Shown here piece after piece: positions 9,094 to 18,434 of a stretch of 41,245 nucleotides of DNA. The stretch is taken from assembly GCA_041166365.1 (NCBI GenBank), contig JBEEFX010000315.1, forward strand, positions 1 through 41,245, read 5' to 3'. The stretch's first letter is position 1; every line of letters starts with the position of its first letter. Source of the DNA: Acidimicrobiaceae bacterium. Its GTDB lineage: Bacteria; Actinomycetota; Acidimicrobiia; Acidimicrobiales; JACDCH01. Under the pieces are notes generated by a model. The model saw only the letters and a list, made by a program, of their open reading frames with translations. It was not told where the DNA came from and did not search any database. The translations under genes were made by a program, and so were the position numbers.

Positions 9094-10241
9094 GGCAGCA
9101 GCTCCTCGTAGAGCTTCTCGAACTGGCTGACGGTCCCCTCGATGTCGAACTCCGCGGTCACACGCTCTCGCGCCGATTGCCCCAGTTGAGCGCGCCGCGC
9201 CGGGTCGCGCGCGAGGAGTTCGAGCGCGGCGGCGAGTCCATCGACGTCGCCGGGTCGGATCAGGAGACCATCGACCTCGGGACGCACGATGTCAGCAGCC
9301 GCGCCAACGTCGGTCAGAACGACGGCGGTGCCACTGGCGCACGCTTCGAGCGCGGCATTCGAGAGGCCCTCGGCCTCCGAGCACAGCACGAAGATGTCCG
9401 CCGCGCTGTAGAGCGGTGCGACGTCGTCCTGAATGCCGAGGAACCGGATGCGGTCGTCACCGGCCGCCTGGGCTTCGAGCGCGGCGCGTTCTGAACCGTC
9501 GCCCGCGATCAACAGGACCAGGTTCGGATTCGGCAGCCGGCGACACGCACGAACGAGATCACCGACGCGCTTCTCCGGAGCCAGACGGCCGACGGCGAGA
9601 ACGATCACGGCGTCGGCGTCGAGCATCAACCGGTTCCGCAAGGCCAGTCGTTCGGTCAACGTGCGTTGTCGAAAGCGATCGGAGTCGATGCCGTTGCGCA
9701 CCAAGCGCACTCGATCCGACGGCACGCCCAAACCCTGGATCTCCTCGCAGATCTCCTCGCTGACGCCGACGAGCATCGCTGCGCGTCGAGACAGCGCCGC
9801 AACCCGCCGCCGACCCGTCCTTCGAGAGCCGTAGCGCTGCACGTCGCCGATCGGCCCGCTGCGGTGGGCCACGGCTACGAGCGGCACTCGGCGGAGCCTG
9901 GTGGCCAGCAGCCCGACGCGCGCGGTCGACAGGAACTGGTGCACCTGCACGACATCTGGTCGCAGTCGAAGGACACGGATCGTCGCGGCGACAGTGAACA
10001 CGACAGAGGCGAGTACCTTCGGTCCCCTGACGCGAATGCGATGGACCGGGATGCCCCGGATGAGTTCGAACGGAAGTGTGCCGGGGTCGCGGCGACAGAC
10101 CACCGAGGGCTCGAAATGCCGCTCGCGCAGCCTCGCGGTGACCGCAGCGCGCTGACGCTCGATGCCCCCAATGCGCGGGTAGTAGCCGTGCGAGACCACC
10201 GCAATCCTCGGGCCTCGCCCGCCGGCATCACCCGGGCGCAT
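9090..10241 (-). CDS. Glycosyltransferase family 4 (GT-B)
   Basis: Start at MRPGDAGGRGPRIAVVSHGYYPRIGGIERQ (ATG 10241, sharing 1 nt with the Wzx stop). The C-terminal part has VLAVGRLAPEKR and FVLCSEAEGLSNAALEACASGTAVVLTDVGAAADIV. The upstream 312 codons of the 696-aa ORF overlap the Wzx gene in another frame and are Arg-rich. Confidence 0.85.
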   Translation of the reverse strand: MRPGDAGGRGPRIAVVSHGYYPRIGGIERQRAAVTARLRERHFEPSVVCRRDPGTLPFELIRGIPVHRIRVRGPKVLASVVFTVAATIRVLRLRPDVVQVHQFLSTARVGLLATRLRRVPLVAVAHRSGPIGDVQRYGSRRTGRRRVAALSRRAAMLVGVSEEICEEIQGLGVPSDRVRLVRNGIDSDRFRQRTLTERLALRNRLMLDADAVIVLAVGRLAPEKRVGDLVRACRRLPNPNLVLLIAGDGSERAALEAQAAGDDRIRFLGIQDDVAPLYSAADIFVLCSEAEGLSNAALEACASGTAVVLTDVGAAADIVRPEVDGLLIRPGDVDGLAAALELLARDPARRAQLGQSARERVTAEFDIEGTVSQFEKLYEELLP

Positions 10242-11770
10242 CACACCACCACCGGTCTGCGGCGCAGCGTCGCTCGAAGCTCGTCGACGATGACCCGGCC
10301 GCTGAAGTACACCGTGACGAGGTACGCCGCGCCTCCGGCGAGCGTGACGAGCGTCAGCCGAAGGGCCGGTGCGGCGCCTTCGAGCAGGGCGTGCGTGCCC
10401 ATCGCAGCAGGAACGAGTACCGCCACGCCCACGGCCGCGGGCCGCAACGCGTTCAGCAGCGGCCGGACGCCGGCACCGATCAGGCGTGCGGCGATCGCGA
10501 GTTGCACCACACACCCGGCGCCTACCAGCGCCGTTTGCGCGGCGGCAACCGCAACGATGCCTCGGTCGGCCACGAGCAACAGCACGACCACGGTCACCAC
10601 GAGCCGTGCGGCGGTGATGATCCACAAGATTCGCTGGCGGCCCAACGCCTTGTAGACGTCGCCGGCCACGAACACGATCGACTGCGCGATGAAGTACAAC
10701 GAGATGAGCGACAACACGGGTGCGGTCGTCGCCCACCGTTCCCCGTACGCAACGTGGACGAAGTCCTGCGCGATCACGGCGATTCCGACCCCGAGCGGCG
10801 CGGTGACCAACGCGAGTGCGGACACTGCACGCAAGTACGTGCTCCGCAGCGCGGTGCCACCGGCCCGCAAGCGACTGAGCGCGGGGAAGAAGGCCTCGCT
10901 GACGGCGTAGGTCACTCCCATCAAGACGAGATCCGGAAGGCGAAAGCCGAGCGTGTAGCGCCCGAGCTCGGCCGCGCCCAGCCGCTGGCCCACGATCAGG
11001 TAGTCCACGTCCCGGGCCACGACGGCCAGGAACGTCACGAGCATCATCCCGCCGCCGTACGTCAGGATCTGACGGGCGGTGTCGCGGTCGAAATTCCATC
11101 GCGGCCGCCAGGGCAACGCCTTCCAGTAGACGATCGTCGACACGGCCACTCCCGCGAGCTGGCCCCACACCAATGACCACACGCCGAAGCCGGCAGCAGC
11201 AAAGCCGACGGAGACGACGGCCTTCACCGCGCTCTTCGCCAACTCAGGAACGACCCGCCGTCGGAAGTTCATCATGCGCCGCAGGCGTGCCGAGTGCACC
11301 GCCGACAGGCTGACGAGAACGTACGAGAGCGCGAGGATCCGCATGATCGGGACGAGGTCGGGCTCGTTGAACAGCCTCGCCATCGGTGCGGCGGAGAAGG
11401 CGACCACTGCAGCGGCCGCGATGCCGGTGGCCATCGTCATCACGAATGCCGTCGACGCGGTGGTCTCGTCGTCGCGATCGAGATAGATGATCGCCTGGCC
11501 GATGCCGAAGTCGTTCAGCGCGTCGACGTACGTCATGATCGCGAGGCTCAAGCTCATGACACCGAAGTCGTCGGGTGCCAGCAGGCGTGCGAGGACGACG
11601 GTGGAGGCAAACAGCGCCAGCTTCGACCCGACGAAGGCGGCGTAGCTCCACAGCACGCCGCGCACCGCCGCCCGCCCGATCCCCGGCGGGGTCGGCGTCA
11701 GTCCGCCTTCGTCTGCACGAGGTTCGACGCCGACGGTGTCCGGCGTCGCCTCCCTCAGCGTGGAGCTCAA
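10241..11770 (-). CDS. wzx: Wzx-like oligosaccharide flippase (polysaccharide biosynthesis protein, MOP superfamily)
   Basis: About 12 hydrophobic segments. The N-terminal pattern GVLWSYAAFVGSKLALFASTVVLARLLAPDDFGVMSL is typical of PST-family flippases. TTG start at 11770; a downstream GTG start is possible. Confidence 0.8.
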   Translation of the reverse strand: MSSTLREATPDTVGVEPRADEGGLTPTPPGIGRAAVRGVLWSYAAFVGSKLALFASTVVLARLLAPDDFGVMSLSLAIMTYVDALNDFGIGQAIIYLDRDDETTASTAFVMTMATGIAAAAVVAFSAAPMARLFNEPDLVPIMRILALSYVLVSLSAVHSARLRRMMNFRRRVVPELAKSAVKAVVSVGFAAAGFGVWSLVWGQLAGVAVSTIVYWKALPWRPRWNFDRDTARQILTYGGGMMLVTFLAVVARDVDYLIVGQRLGAAELGRYTLGFRLPDLVLMGVTYAVSEAFFPALSRLRAGGTALRSTYLRAVSALALVTAPLGVGIAVIAQDFVHVAYGERWATTAPVLSLISLYFIAQSIVFVAGDVYKALGRQRILWIITAARLVVTVVVLLLVADRGIVAVAAAQTALVGAGCVVQLAIAARLIGAGVRPLLNALRPAAVGVAVLVPAAMGTHALLEGAAPALRLTLVTLAGGAAYLVTVYFSGRVIVDELRATLRRRPVVV

Positions 11771-11774
11771 CCCG

Positions 11775-13163
11775 TCACCCGATCCGCTCGGCCAGCGCCC
11801 ATCGGCCCGTCGAGGAGGTCTTGTCGGACGGACCGGCCGTGCCGGCCGGATCCTCCTCGTGGGTCAGGATCGTCTGCCGCGACGCGAGGCACAGCCCTAC
11901 CAGGCACCAGAACAGCCGCGGGTAGGCGAGGTGGAGGAAGAGCCCGGCCGTGAGGAACCCGAAGCAGGCCACCGTGAGACCCTCGGCGATGGAAGCGCTG
12001 ACGGGATCGGCGCGACGAGCGGTCCTGCGAACCGCGACCCACATGAGTGCGAGCACCGCTCCGAGTTGCACGAGACCGATCGCGCCGGTCTCCGCGGCCT
12101 GTTGGAGGAAGAGGCTGTGCGCGTTGCGGTCATTGGCGTCGTTCTCGACCCCGAGGCGCGACGCATATTCCGGGTACGCCGCCGGGAAGCCGTTGGTGCC
12201 GATCCCGACAAGCGGATGATCGACGAACATGTCGTAGGCCGATCGCATCTCGGAGAAGCGACCGAGCACCGCGGGGTCATCGACGGCCGTCGTGCCGCCC
12301 CGCAGCTGCCCGAGCTCGTCCAAGCGCGCGAAGAAACCCGATGGCGCGAACACGGGTACCGCGACGATCGCCGCGAGCGCCATGACCCCGACGGCCGCCC
12401 ACGACCGAAACCAGGCGACGCCGACCACGAGCACAGCGGCAAGTGCGATCAGGCCGCCGCGGCTGAGGGTCAGGAGGACCGTGATGCTCCCAACGCCGAC
12501 TGTCACCAGCGCGAGCGTGCGCAGCAACCGACGCGGCTCGCGAAATGCGCGCTCCAGCGCGAGCGCAACCACCACGACCATCGACTGGGCAAAGAAGTTC
12601 GGGTCACCGAGCGGCCCGGCGGCGCGGTTGCCCTGGGTGGTCCCGACGACACCGACCAGCGGCGCCTTGGCCAACTCCATGTAGGTGTTGTGGTAGTCGC
12701 CGCGAGCGAACTGCAAGCATGCGATGCCACCGAGCAGGAGGCCCGCAGTGATCACGCCGTACACGGCGGACTTCAACGCTCCTGGTGTGCACACCGCGGC
12801 AACGAGCCCGACGATCACGGCGCCGTCGCGGACGAATTCGAGCACGGCGGGCATGACCTCCGCCTGGTTGAGCGCCGCCGGCCAGCCGAGCAGCATCACG
12901 GCGGCGCGGGTACCCAACAGCACCAAGGTCAAGGGCACCGCCGTTGGCGCGTAGCCGCGCTTCGCCGCGGCCGACACACCGAGAACTCCGACCGCGATTG
13001 CGAGCGGGACGGTGATCGTCGGAACATGAAAGCGCGACTCGGCGATCTCGGGCAGGCGCGTGAACAAGCAGAACGTCAGCAACCCCGCGCCGAAGGCCGG
13101 ACGGCCGAGCAGCACGAACGCGCCGACGATCGCCGCTACCGCGAGGAGCGACAGGATCACCAT
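11775..13163 (-). CDS. wzy: Wzy-like polymerase / O-antigen-ligase-family membrane protein
   Basis: Polytopic membrane protein with a large loop carrying GFPAAYPEYASRLGVENDANDRNAHSLFLQQAAETGAIGLV. The H-x-x-(F/L)L-x-x-x-x-E-x-G pattern is the Wzy_C/O-antigen ligase hallmark. Confidence 0.78.
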   Translation of the reverse strand: MVILSLLAVAAIVGAFVLLGRPAFGAGLLTFCLFTRLPEIAESRFHVPTITVPLAIAVGVLGVSAAAKRGYAPTAVPLTLVLLGTRAAVMLLGWPAALNQAEVMPAVLEFVRDGAVIVGLVAAVCTPGALKSAVYGVITAGLLLGGIACLQFARGDYHNTYMELAKAPLVGVVGTTQGNRAAGPLGDPNFFAQSMVVVVALALERAFREPRRLLRTLALVTVGVGSITVLLTLSRGGLIALAAVLVVGVAWFRSWAAVGVMALAAIVAVPVFAPSGFFARLDELGQLRGGTTAVDDPAVLGRFSEMRSAYDMFVDHPLVGIGTNGFPAAYPEYASRLGVENDANDRNAHSLFLQQAAETGAIGLVQLGAVLALMWVAVRRTARRADPVSASIAEGLTVACFGFLTAGLFLHLAYPRLFWCLVGLCLASRQTILTHEEDPAGTAGPSDKTSSTGRWALAERIG

Positions 13164-13191
13164 TGGCGTGTGGTTCGCGCGGCGAGGATCA

Positions 13192-13968
13192 CTACGAGAG
13201 CCGCGTGCTCACGGTTTCTTCGTCGCTTTGCGGGGCGGTGGCCCGGGGACGAGCGGTCGCGATCTCCCACGCTCGGCTGAACGGCGGGTAGGTGTAAGCC
13301 GCTCCGGCCTGGGCCTCCTCCGCGGCCCGCCCTCGTCGGGGCCGGTTGCCGTTCACCGGCTGCGCGGCACCACGCTTCAGCCCCCCGGCCTGCGCGATGG
13401 CGAACCGGGCCACCGCGAGCAGGAATGCCACGACGAAGCCACCGACCGCGCCGACGAATCCATACAGCGCCGCTTGTGACTTCTGACGCGTCGGAACGGC
13501 AGCATCGAGGGCCTCCGCCTTGAAGCTCCGGTACAGCGTTTGGAACTGCTCGACACCGGACCTGGCGATCCCGTCTGCGAGCTGTGCCGCCCGCGTCGAC
13601 TCGGGTCCGTTCACCTCGAGCTGCACCGCGGCCGTCTCATTGAGGGAGAAGGCGTCGACGGTGTACTCGCGAAGGGCCGTCTGGTCGATGCCCGCGGTGC
13701 TGGCCGCCTTCGTTACGACATCATCGCTCTTCAACATCAACGCGAACGTCTTGAGCACGGCGCCGTTCGTCGTCAAGTTCCGTACCGCGTCATCGATGGC
13801 GCTTCCCTGGATGCTCTCACCAGGACCGACGACCACCCGCATGCTGACCCGATAGGAGCGCGGGGCGGTGGTGTTCGGCACCGAGACGGCCACCGCTCCT
13901 ACGACGGTGAACAGCACGATCCACAGCCAGCTCCTGCGCAAGGCAACGACGTAGTCGATGAACTTCAC
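13192..13968 (-). CDS. Wzz-like polysaccharide co-polymerase (chain-length determinant), no kinase domain
   Basis: N-terminal MKFIDYVVALRRSWLWIVLFTVVGAVAV (Wzz-type start plus TM1), a roughly 150-aa extracytoplasmic segment, a second TM (LYGFVGAVGGFVVAFLLAVARF) and a short Arg/Ala-rich tail. No Walker motifs. GTG start in a GTGA overlap with the upstream stop. Confidence 0.62.
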   Translation of the reverse strand: MKFIDYVVALRRSWLWIVLFTVVGAVAVSVPNTTAPRSYRVSMRVVVGPGESIQGSAIDDAVRNLTTNGAVLKTFALMLKSDDVVTKAASTAGIDQTALREYTVDAFSLNETAAVQLEVNGPESTRAAQLADGIARSGVEQFQTLYRSFKAEALDAAVPTRQKSQAALYGFVGAVGGFVVAFLLAVARFAIAQAGGLKRGAAQPVNGNRPRRGRAAEEAQAGAAYTYPPFSRAWEIATARPRATAPQSDEETVSTRLS

Positions 13969-15251
13969 GTTGAGATCAGCCTTTCCTCGGCCTCAGCGGA
14001 AACTGCGGCGATTGACGAAAACAGGTCGACCATCTGCCCGGCATTGGCGTGAAGGTCGTGCACTCGGGAGACGAGGTTGCGGGCGGCCGCGACGCGCGTC
14101 GACACGTCGTGGCCTTCGAGCACGGCGGCGATGGCTTCTGCCAATGCCGCGGGATCACCCGGCGGCACGAGCCACCCGGTGTCATCGGGGCGTACCAGCT
14201 CACACACTCCGGAGACATCGGTCGCAACAACGGGCACTCCCACCGCCATTGCTTCCATGAGCGCGACCGGAACTCCTTCCATGCGACCCCGGCGATCGAC
14301 GACGCTCGGCAGGACAAAGCAGTCAGCAGCACGGATTTCGGTCAACACGGCGTCACTTTCGAGCCGGCCGCGCCAATGAATCGCGTCGGCGATGCCGAGT
14401 TCCTCGGCCTGGCGCTGGAGCCGAGGGCGAAGCTCTCCATCGCCGACCAGCACCAGTTCGACGGCGAGTCCTCGGCTGCGGAGCTGAGCGAGCGCCGTCA
14501 GCAGATGTCGGTGACCCTTCTTCTCCTCGAACGCCGCGACGCAGAGCACCCGCTTGGTGCTCGCTTCGACCGGAACGCCATTCTCGGGACAGAAGCGAGA
14601 CAGGTCGACGCCACAACGGATGACGTGCAGATGGTGCAGGGAAGGACCGGCGATCGCTTGCAGGGTGCGGGCGTTGTAGTCGGAGATCGTCACGACCGCG
14701 GCGGCGCATCGGGCCTTCTCGGCGAGCATGGTCTGGTCGACGTAGATGTCGTGGGCGTGGGCGGTGAAGGTGTACGGGATGCCGGTGAGCCGGTGGATGA
14801 TGTGCGCGGCGAGTGCGGCGTGTGTCGCGAAGTGGGCGTGGACGACATCGACGTCCTCATCGGCCATCTCAACCGCCCACGCGGCCGCGATCGGAAACAC
14901 GACGAGCGCCCTCACGAGGAATCGAAGCGACGTCCGGTTGCCGGCCACCGTCGCGAGGAAGGTCGCGAGATAGCGCCGAGGTGACGTCCGCAACCAATGC
15001 AGCTGGGCGCGGACCGCTCGGAGCCCGCCCGCCCCGAAGCGCGCGTCAGCGAGCAGTCGCGCCGCCTCGGGGTGAACGATGTCGGCGCGTTCCCTGACCA
15101 GCGCCCACACCCGCACCCGAACACCGTGCGCCGCAACCTGCTCCGCCTCGCGCGCGACGAAGGTCTCCGTCAGCTTGGGAAAGCGGCTGACGACGTACGC
15201 GACCGTGAGCGGCGGACGCGCGCGCGGTGAGTCGGTGATCTCGGCCGTCAG
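13965..15251 (-). CDS. Glycosyltransferase family 4 (WcaL-like); conserved N-terminus lies upstream of the first canonical start (GTG 15116), putative CTG start at 15251
   Basis: C-terminal signature VLCVAAFEEKKGH and FVLPSVVDRRGRMEGVPVALMEAMAVGVPVVATDVSGVCELV. The in-frame sequence upstream of GTG 15116 reads LTVAYVVSRFPKLTETFVAREAEQVAAHGVR, the usual beta1/alpha1 of this GT4 subgroup. There is no ATG/GTG/TTG between the in-frame stop (15285-15287) and 15116. CTG 15251-15249 overlaps the upstream TGA exactly like the ATGA junctions elsewhere in the operon. Confidence 0.8.
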   Translation of the reverse strand: MTAEITDSPRARPPLTVAYVVSRFPKLTETFVAREAEQVAAHGVRVRVWALVRERADIVHPEAARLLADARFGAGGLRAVRAQLHWLRTSPRRYLATFLATVAGNRTSLRFLVRALVVFPIAAAWAVEMADEDVDVVHAHFATHAALAAHIIHRLTGIPYTFTAHAHDIYVDQTMLAEKARCAAAVVTISDYNARTLQAIAGPSLHHLHVIRCGVDLSRFCPENGVPVEASTKRVLCVAAFEEKKGHRHLLTALAQLRSRGLAVELVLVGDGELRPRLQRQAEELGIADAIHWRGRLESDAVLTEIRAADCFVLPSVVDRRGRMEGVPVALMEAMAVGVPVVATDVSGVCELVRPDDTGWLVPPGDPAALAEAIAAVLEGHDVSTRVAAARNLVSRVHDLHANAGQMVDLFSSIAAVSAEAEERLIST

Positions 15252-16219
15252 CTTGCTTCTCCGTAGTTGGGGTCGGCGATGCGGTCACGGAACCAGGCGA
15301 CGGTCGCCGCCATCCCGGTCTCGAGGTCGACGCGCGGCTCCCAGCCGGCCAGCGATCGAGCGCGTGTGATCGTGCCGCCGGTGCGCGCCACGTCGCCGGG
15401 CTGGGGATCGCGTTGGTCGATGAGGACGGGACGGCCGATGTGCCGACCCGCGAGGTCGAGCAGCTCGACCATCGAGATCTCGGCGCCGCCGGCGATGTTC
15501 ATCACCGTCCCGGGCGCGATGTCGGCGTCGGCGGCCGCGAGATTGGCGCGCACGGCATCGTCGACGTACGTGAAGTCGCGGACCGCGGAGCCGTCACCGA
15601 ACAACGGGAAGGCCACTCCGGCCAGGCCGGCGGTCACGAGTCGGTGAATCGCCATGTCGGGACGCTGCCGCGGCCCGTACACGGTGAAGTAACGCAGCGA
15701 GACCGTGGAGAGACCCCAGTTCGCGGCGTACAAGTTGCACAGGTGCTCGGCCGCGAGCTTCGTGACGCCGTACGGCGAGTGCGGCTTGGGCAGGTCGTCT
15801 TCGGTGGTCGGGTACGAGGCGGCCTGGCCATAGACGGACGAGCTCGACGCGTACACGACTCTCGGTACTCCGACTCGTGTGGCCGCCTCGAGCAGACGCT
15901 GCGTCGCGAGCACGTTGTGGCCCGTGTACTCGGCGAACCCCGTCGACCACGACAGCCGTACGCCGGGCTGGGCCGCCTGGTGGTACACGACGTCGACACC
16001 GTCGAGCAACGGCTCGAGCTCTGCGGAGCGAAGATCCAACTCCTCCAGGCGAAAACGTGGATGTACGCGGCAGGCCACGAGGTTCGCTTCCTTCGCGGCG
16101 CGCTCGTAGTACGGCGTGTAGCAGTCGACGCCGACCACCTGCTCGCCGCGGGCGAGGAGCGCCTCCGCCAACGTCGATCCCACGAAGCCGGCAACGCCGG
16201 TGACCAGAGCGGTGCTCAC
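15248..16219 (-). CDS. NAD-dependent epimerase/dehydratase (SDR), motifs closest to nucleotide-sugar (UDP-glucuronate-type) 4-epimerases
   Basis: GVAGFVGS (GxxGxxG), YASSSSVYG, SPYGVTKLAAE (YxxxK), and RYFTVYGPRQRPDMA and RDFTYVDD as in CapI/UDP-GlcA 4-epimerase-like SDRs. GTG start at 16219 in a GTGA overlap. Confidence 0.85.
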   Translation of the reverse strand: MSTALVTGVAGFVGSTLAEALLARGEQVVGVDCYTPYYERAAKEANLVACRVHPRFRLEELDLRSAELEPLLDGVDVVYHQAAQPGVRLSWSTGFAEYTGHNVLATQRLLEAATRVGVPRVVYASSSSVYGQAASYPTTEDDLPKPHSPYGVTKLAAEHLCNLYAANWGLSTVSLRYFTVYGPRQRPDMAIHRLVTAGLAGVAFPLFGDGSAVRDFTYVDDAVRANLAAADADIAPGTVMNIAGGAEISMVELLDLAGRHIGRPVLIDQRDPQPGDVARTGGTITRARSLAGWEPRVDLETGMAATVAWFRDRIADPNYGEAS

Positions 16220-17232
16220 GCGCGACCTCTCGCGTCGTCGAGCGTGGTCGGAGCGGTCGCGGCGACGGGTGGCCTTCGACCGCACGCGACGGGGCCGAAG
16301 GTCGCCTCGAACCACTCGATCACGTGGGCCAGGCCCTCCGACAACGACACCGACGCGCGATGCCCGAGCGCCGAGAGCTTCCGCGGATCGCCTTCGAACT
16401 CCTCGACGTCACCGGGCCACGAGACTCCGGTGAAGGAGAGCTCCGCGTCGAGCCCGAGGAGGTCGATCATCGTCTTCGCCACGTCGGTGACGGTGTGCGA
16501 CTTACCCGTGCACACGTTGTACGCCTCTCCGGGCTCACCCCCATCGACCAGCGTGAGGAGACCAGCGGCGGTGTCGCTCACGTAGCTGAGGTCCCGTAAC
16601 TGACGTCCGGTTCCGATGATCTCCAAGTGGTGCGGGTCGCGCTGCAGCTTGTGCAGGAAGTCGACCACCACGTAGCGCGGCATTCGGGGTCCGTAGGTGT
16701 TGAAGATGCGGGCGATGACCGCCTGCACCCCGTACGTCTCCTTGAACGCGCGGGCCATGGCGTCAGCGGCAACCTTGCTCGCGCCGTACGGGCTGATCGG
16801 CGCGAGGGGTGCGTTCTCGTCGATCGGTAGCGATCGAGGCGTGCCGTACACCGCCGCACTCGAGGCCACGACGACGCGGGTGGTGGGCGACAGTCGACGT
16901 ACGGCATCGAGTACCGCGAACGTTCCCCCTGCATTGGTGTCGTGGTCGTACGCGGGATCGTTCACCGATGCCGGCACGTCGGCGTTGGCCGCCAGGTGCA
17001 CGATCGACGTGAGATCGTGCTCGGCAACGAGCGCATCGACTGCGGCCGCATCGCGAACATCGAGCTCGACGCGCGTGACCACCCCGCCGTGCGCGTCGAG
17101 GTTCGACCATTTCCCGGCGCGGAGGTTGTCGCACGCGACGACCGACGAGCCTTCGGCGACGAGCGAATCGACGACGTGCGAGCCCACGAAACCAGCGGCA
17201 CCCGTCACCGCGACTGCGGACCCGGCCCTCAT
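16216..17232 (-). CDS. NAD-dependent epimerase/dehydratase (extended SDR, GalE-like)
   Basis: VTGAAGFVGSH, ASSAAVYG, SPYGASKVAAD (YxxxK) and RIFNTYGPRM. ATG at 17232 in an ATGA overlap with the upstream stop. Confidence 0.85.
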   Translation of the reverse strand: MRAGSAVAVTGAAGFVGSHVVDSLVAEGSSVVACDNLRAGKWSNLDAHGGVVTRVELDVRDAAAVDALVAEHDLTSIVHLAANADVPASVNDPAYDHDTNAGGTFAVLDAVRRLSPTTRVVVASSAAVYGTPRSLPIDENAPLAPISPYGASKVAADAMARAFKETYGVQAVIARIFNTYGPRMPRYVVVDFLHKLQRDPHHLEIIGTGRQLRDLSYVSDTAAGLLTLVDGGEPGEAYNVCTGKSHTVTDVAKTMIDLLGLDAELSFTGVSWPGDVEEFEGDPRKLSALGHRASVSLSEGLAHVIEWFEATFGPVACGRRPPVAATAPTTLDDARGRA

Positions 17233-18434
17233 GATGGTGCGCCCGATGCGATGACGTCCGGCACCTCGTCATACAGCTCGGCATAGGTGCGGGCCACCGT
17301 CCCCATGGCGAAGCGTGCTTCGGCCGTTCGGCGGGCGGCCGCGCCCATGCGGCGCGCCTCCGGAAGGTCACTCGACAGCCGTTCCAGCGCGGTCGCGAGC
17401 AGCTCTGGGTCGCCCGGCATGACGAGCAGCCCGTCGCTTCCGTCCTCCACCATGTCGGGGACGCCGCCGACCGCGGTGGCGACGCAGGCCAGCCCGCACG
17501 CCATGGCCTCGAGCAGGCTGATGGGCAATCCTTCGGCGAACGAGGGCAGGACCCAGATGTCCGCCGCCCGCAGGTACGGCGCGGTGTCCGGCACGCGCCC
17601 GGTGAAGGTCACACGACCCGGAGCAACGGCCACCGCCCGCTCCTTCATCGCTCCCGACAACGGGCCCTCGCCGACCACGACCAGGTGTGCCGGCGCGGGG
17701 ACGCGCGCCCACGCGTCGAGGAGAACGTCGATCCCCTTCACCTCGGCGACTCGACCGAGGTAGATGGTGAGCGGGACGTCAGCTGGGAGGCCGAGGGCGG
17801 CGCGAGCCTCGACGCGTTCGGCGTCTGTCGCCGGAACGTAGGTGGTGGTGTCGACGCCGTTCCACCGATGTCGTACCCGGTCCTCGGCCGCTCCGTGAGC
17901 GAGCAAACCGCTCGCGATCTCGTTGCTGATGGAGAGCAGCACGACCCTCGGGTCGGCGCGGTAACGCCTCCAAAGCGCACGGCCGAACGGACGGCGCATC
18001 AGCGCGGCGAGATTGCCGTCGGGCCCGCCTCGGTGATCTTCGATCACGAGGGGATGCCTCGTGAGTCGCGAGGCCAGCCACGCAGCGAGCGTCGCGTCAC
18101 CAAAGGTGTGGGAATGCACGATTCCGTACTCGCGACGCGTGCGCCACAGCTCGAGAACGGTCCCCGCGATGGCGATCGCGCCTCGCAACGCGCCCTTGCC
18201 CGGCCCGCCCACGCGATGCACGGAGAGCCCACGCCGTACCTCTCGACGTTGCGTTCCTTCCGGCCGTTGCACGGTGACGACGCGCACCGGACACCCGGTT
18301 GCTTGCAGCGCGACGGCCAGTTCCTCGGTGTGGACCTCCAGACCCCCTCGGAAGGGATAGAAGTGGTCCGTCACCATCGTGACCCCACGATGACTGCACG
18401 ATTGGATGGGCCGCACCGGCGCGCGGACGTTCAT
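17229..18434 (-). CDS. Glycosyltransferase family 4 (GT-B)
   Basis: MVTDHFYPFRGGLEVHTEEL N-terminal motif. The C-terminal part has IYLGRVAEVKGID and WVLPSFAEGLPISLLEAMACGLACVATAVGGVPDMVEDGSDGLLV. Start chosen at ATG 18434 (ATGA overlap, keeps beta1); the alternative ATG 18377 would start at MVTDHF. Confidence 0.85.
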   Translation of the reverse strand: MNVRAPVRPIQSCSHRGVTMVTDHFYPFRGGLEVHTEELAVALQATGCPVRVVTVQRPEGTQRREVRRGLSVHRVGGPGKGALRGAIAIAGTVLELWRTRREYGIVHSHTFGDATLAAWLASRLTRHPLVIEDHRGGPDGNLAALMRRPFGRALWRRYRADPRVVLLSISNEIASGLLAHGAAEDRVRHRWNGVDTTTYVPATDAERVEARAALGLPADVPLTIYLGRVAEVKGIDVLLDAWARVPAPAHLVVVGEGPLSGAMKERAVAVAPGRVTFTGRVPDTAPYLRAADIWVLPSFAEGLPISLLEAMACGLACVATAVGGVPDMVEDGSDGLLVMPGDPELLATALERLSSDLPEARRMGAAARRTAEARFAMGTVARTYAELYDEVPDVIASGAPS

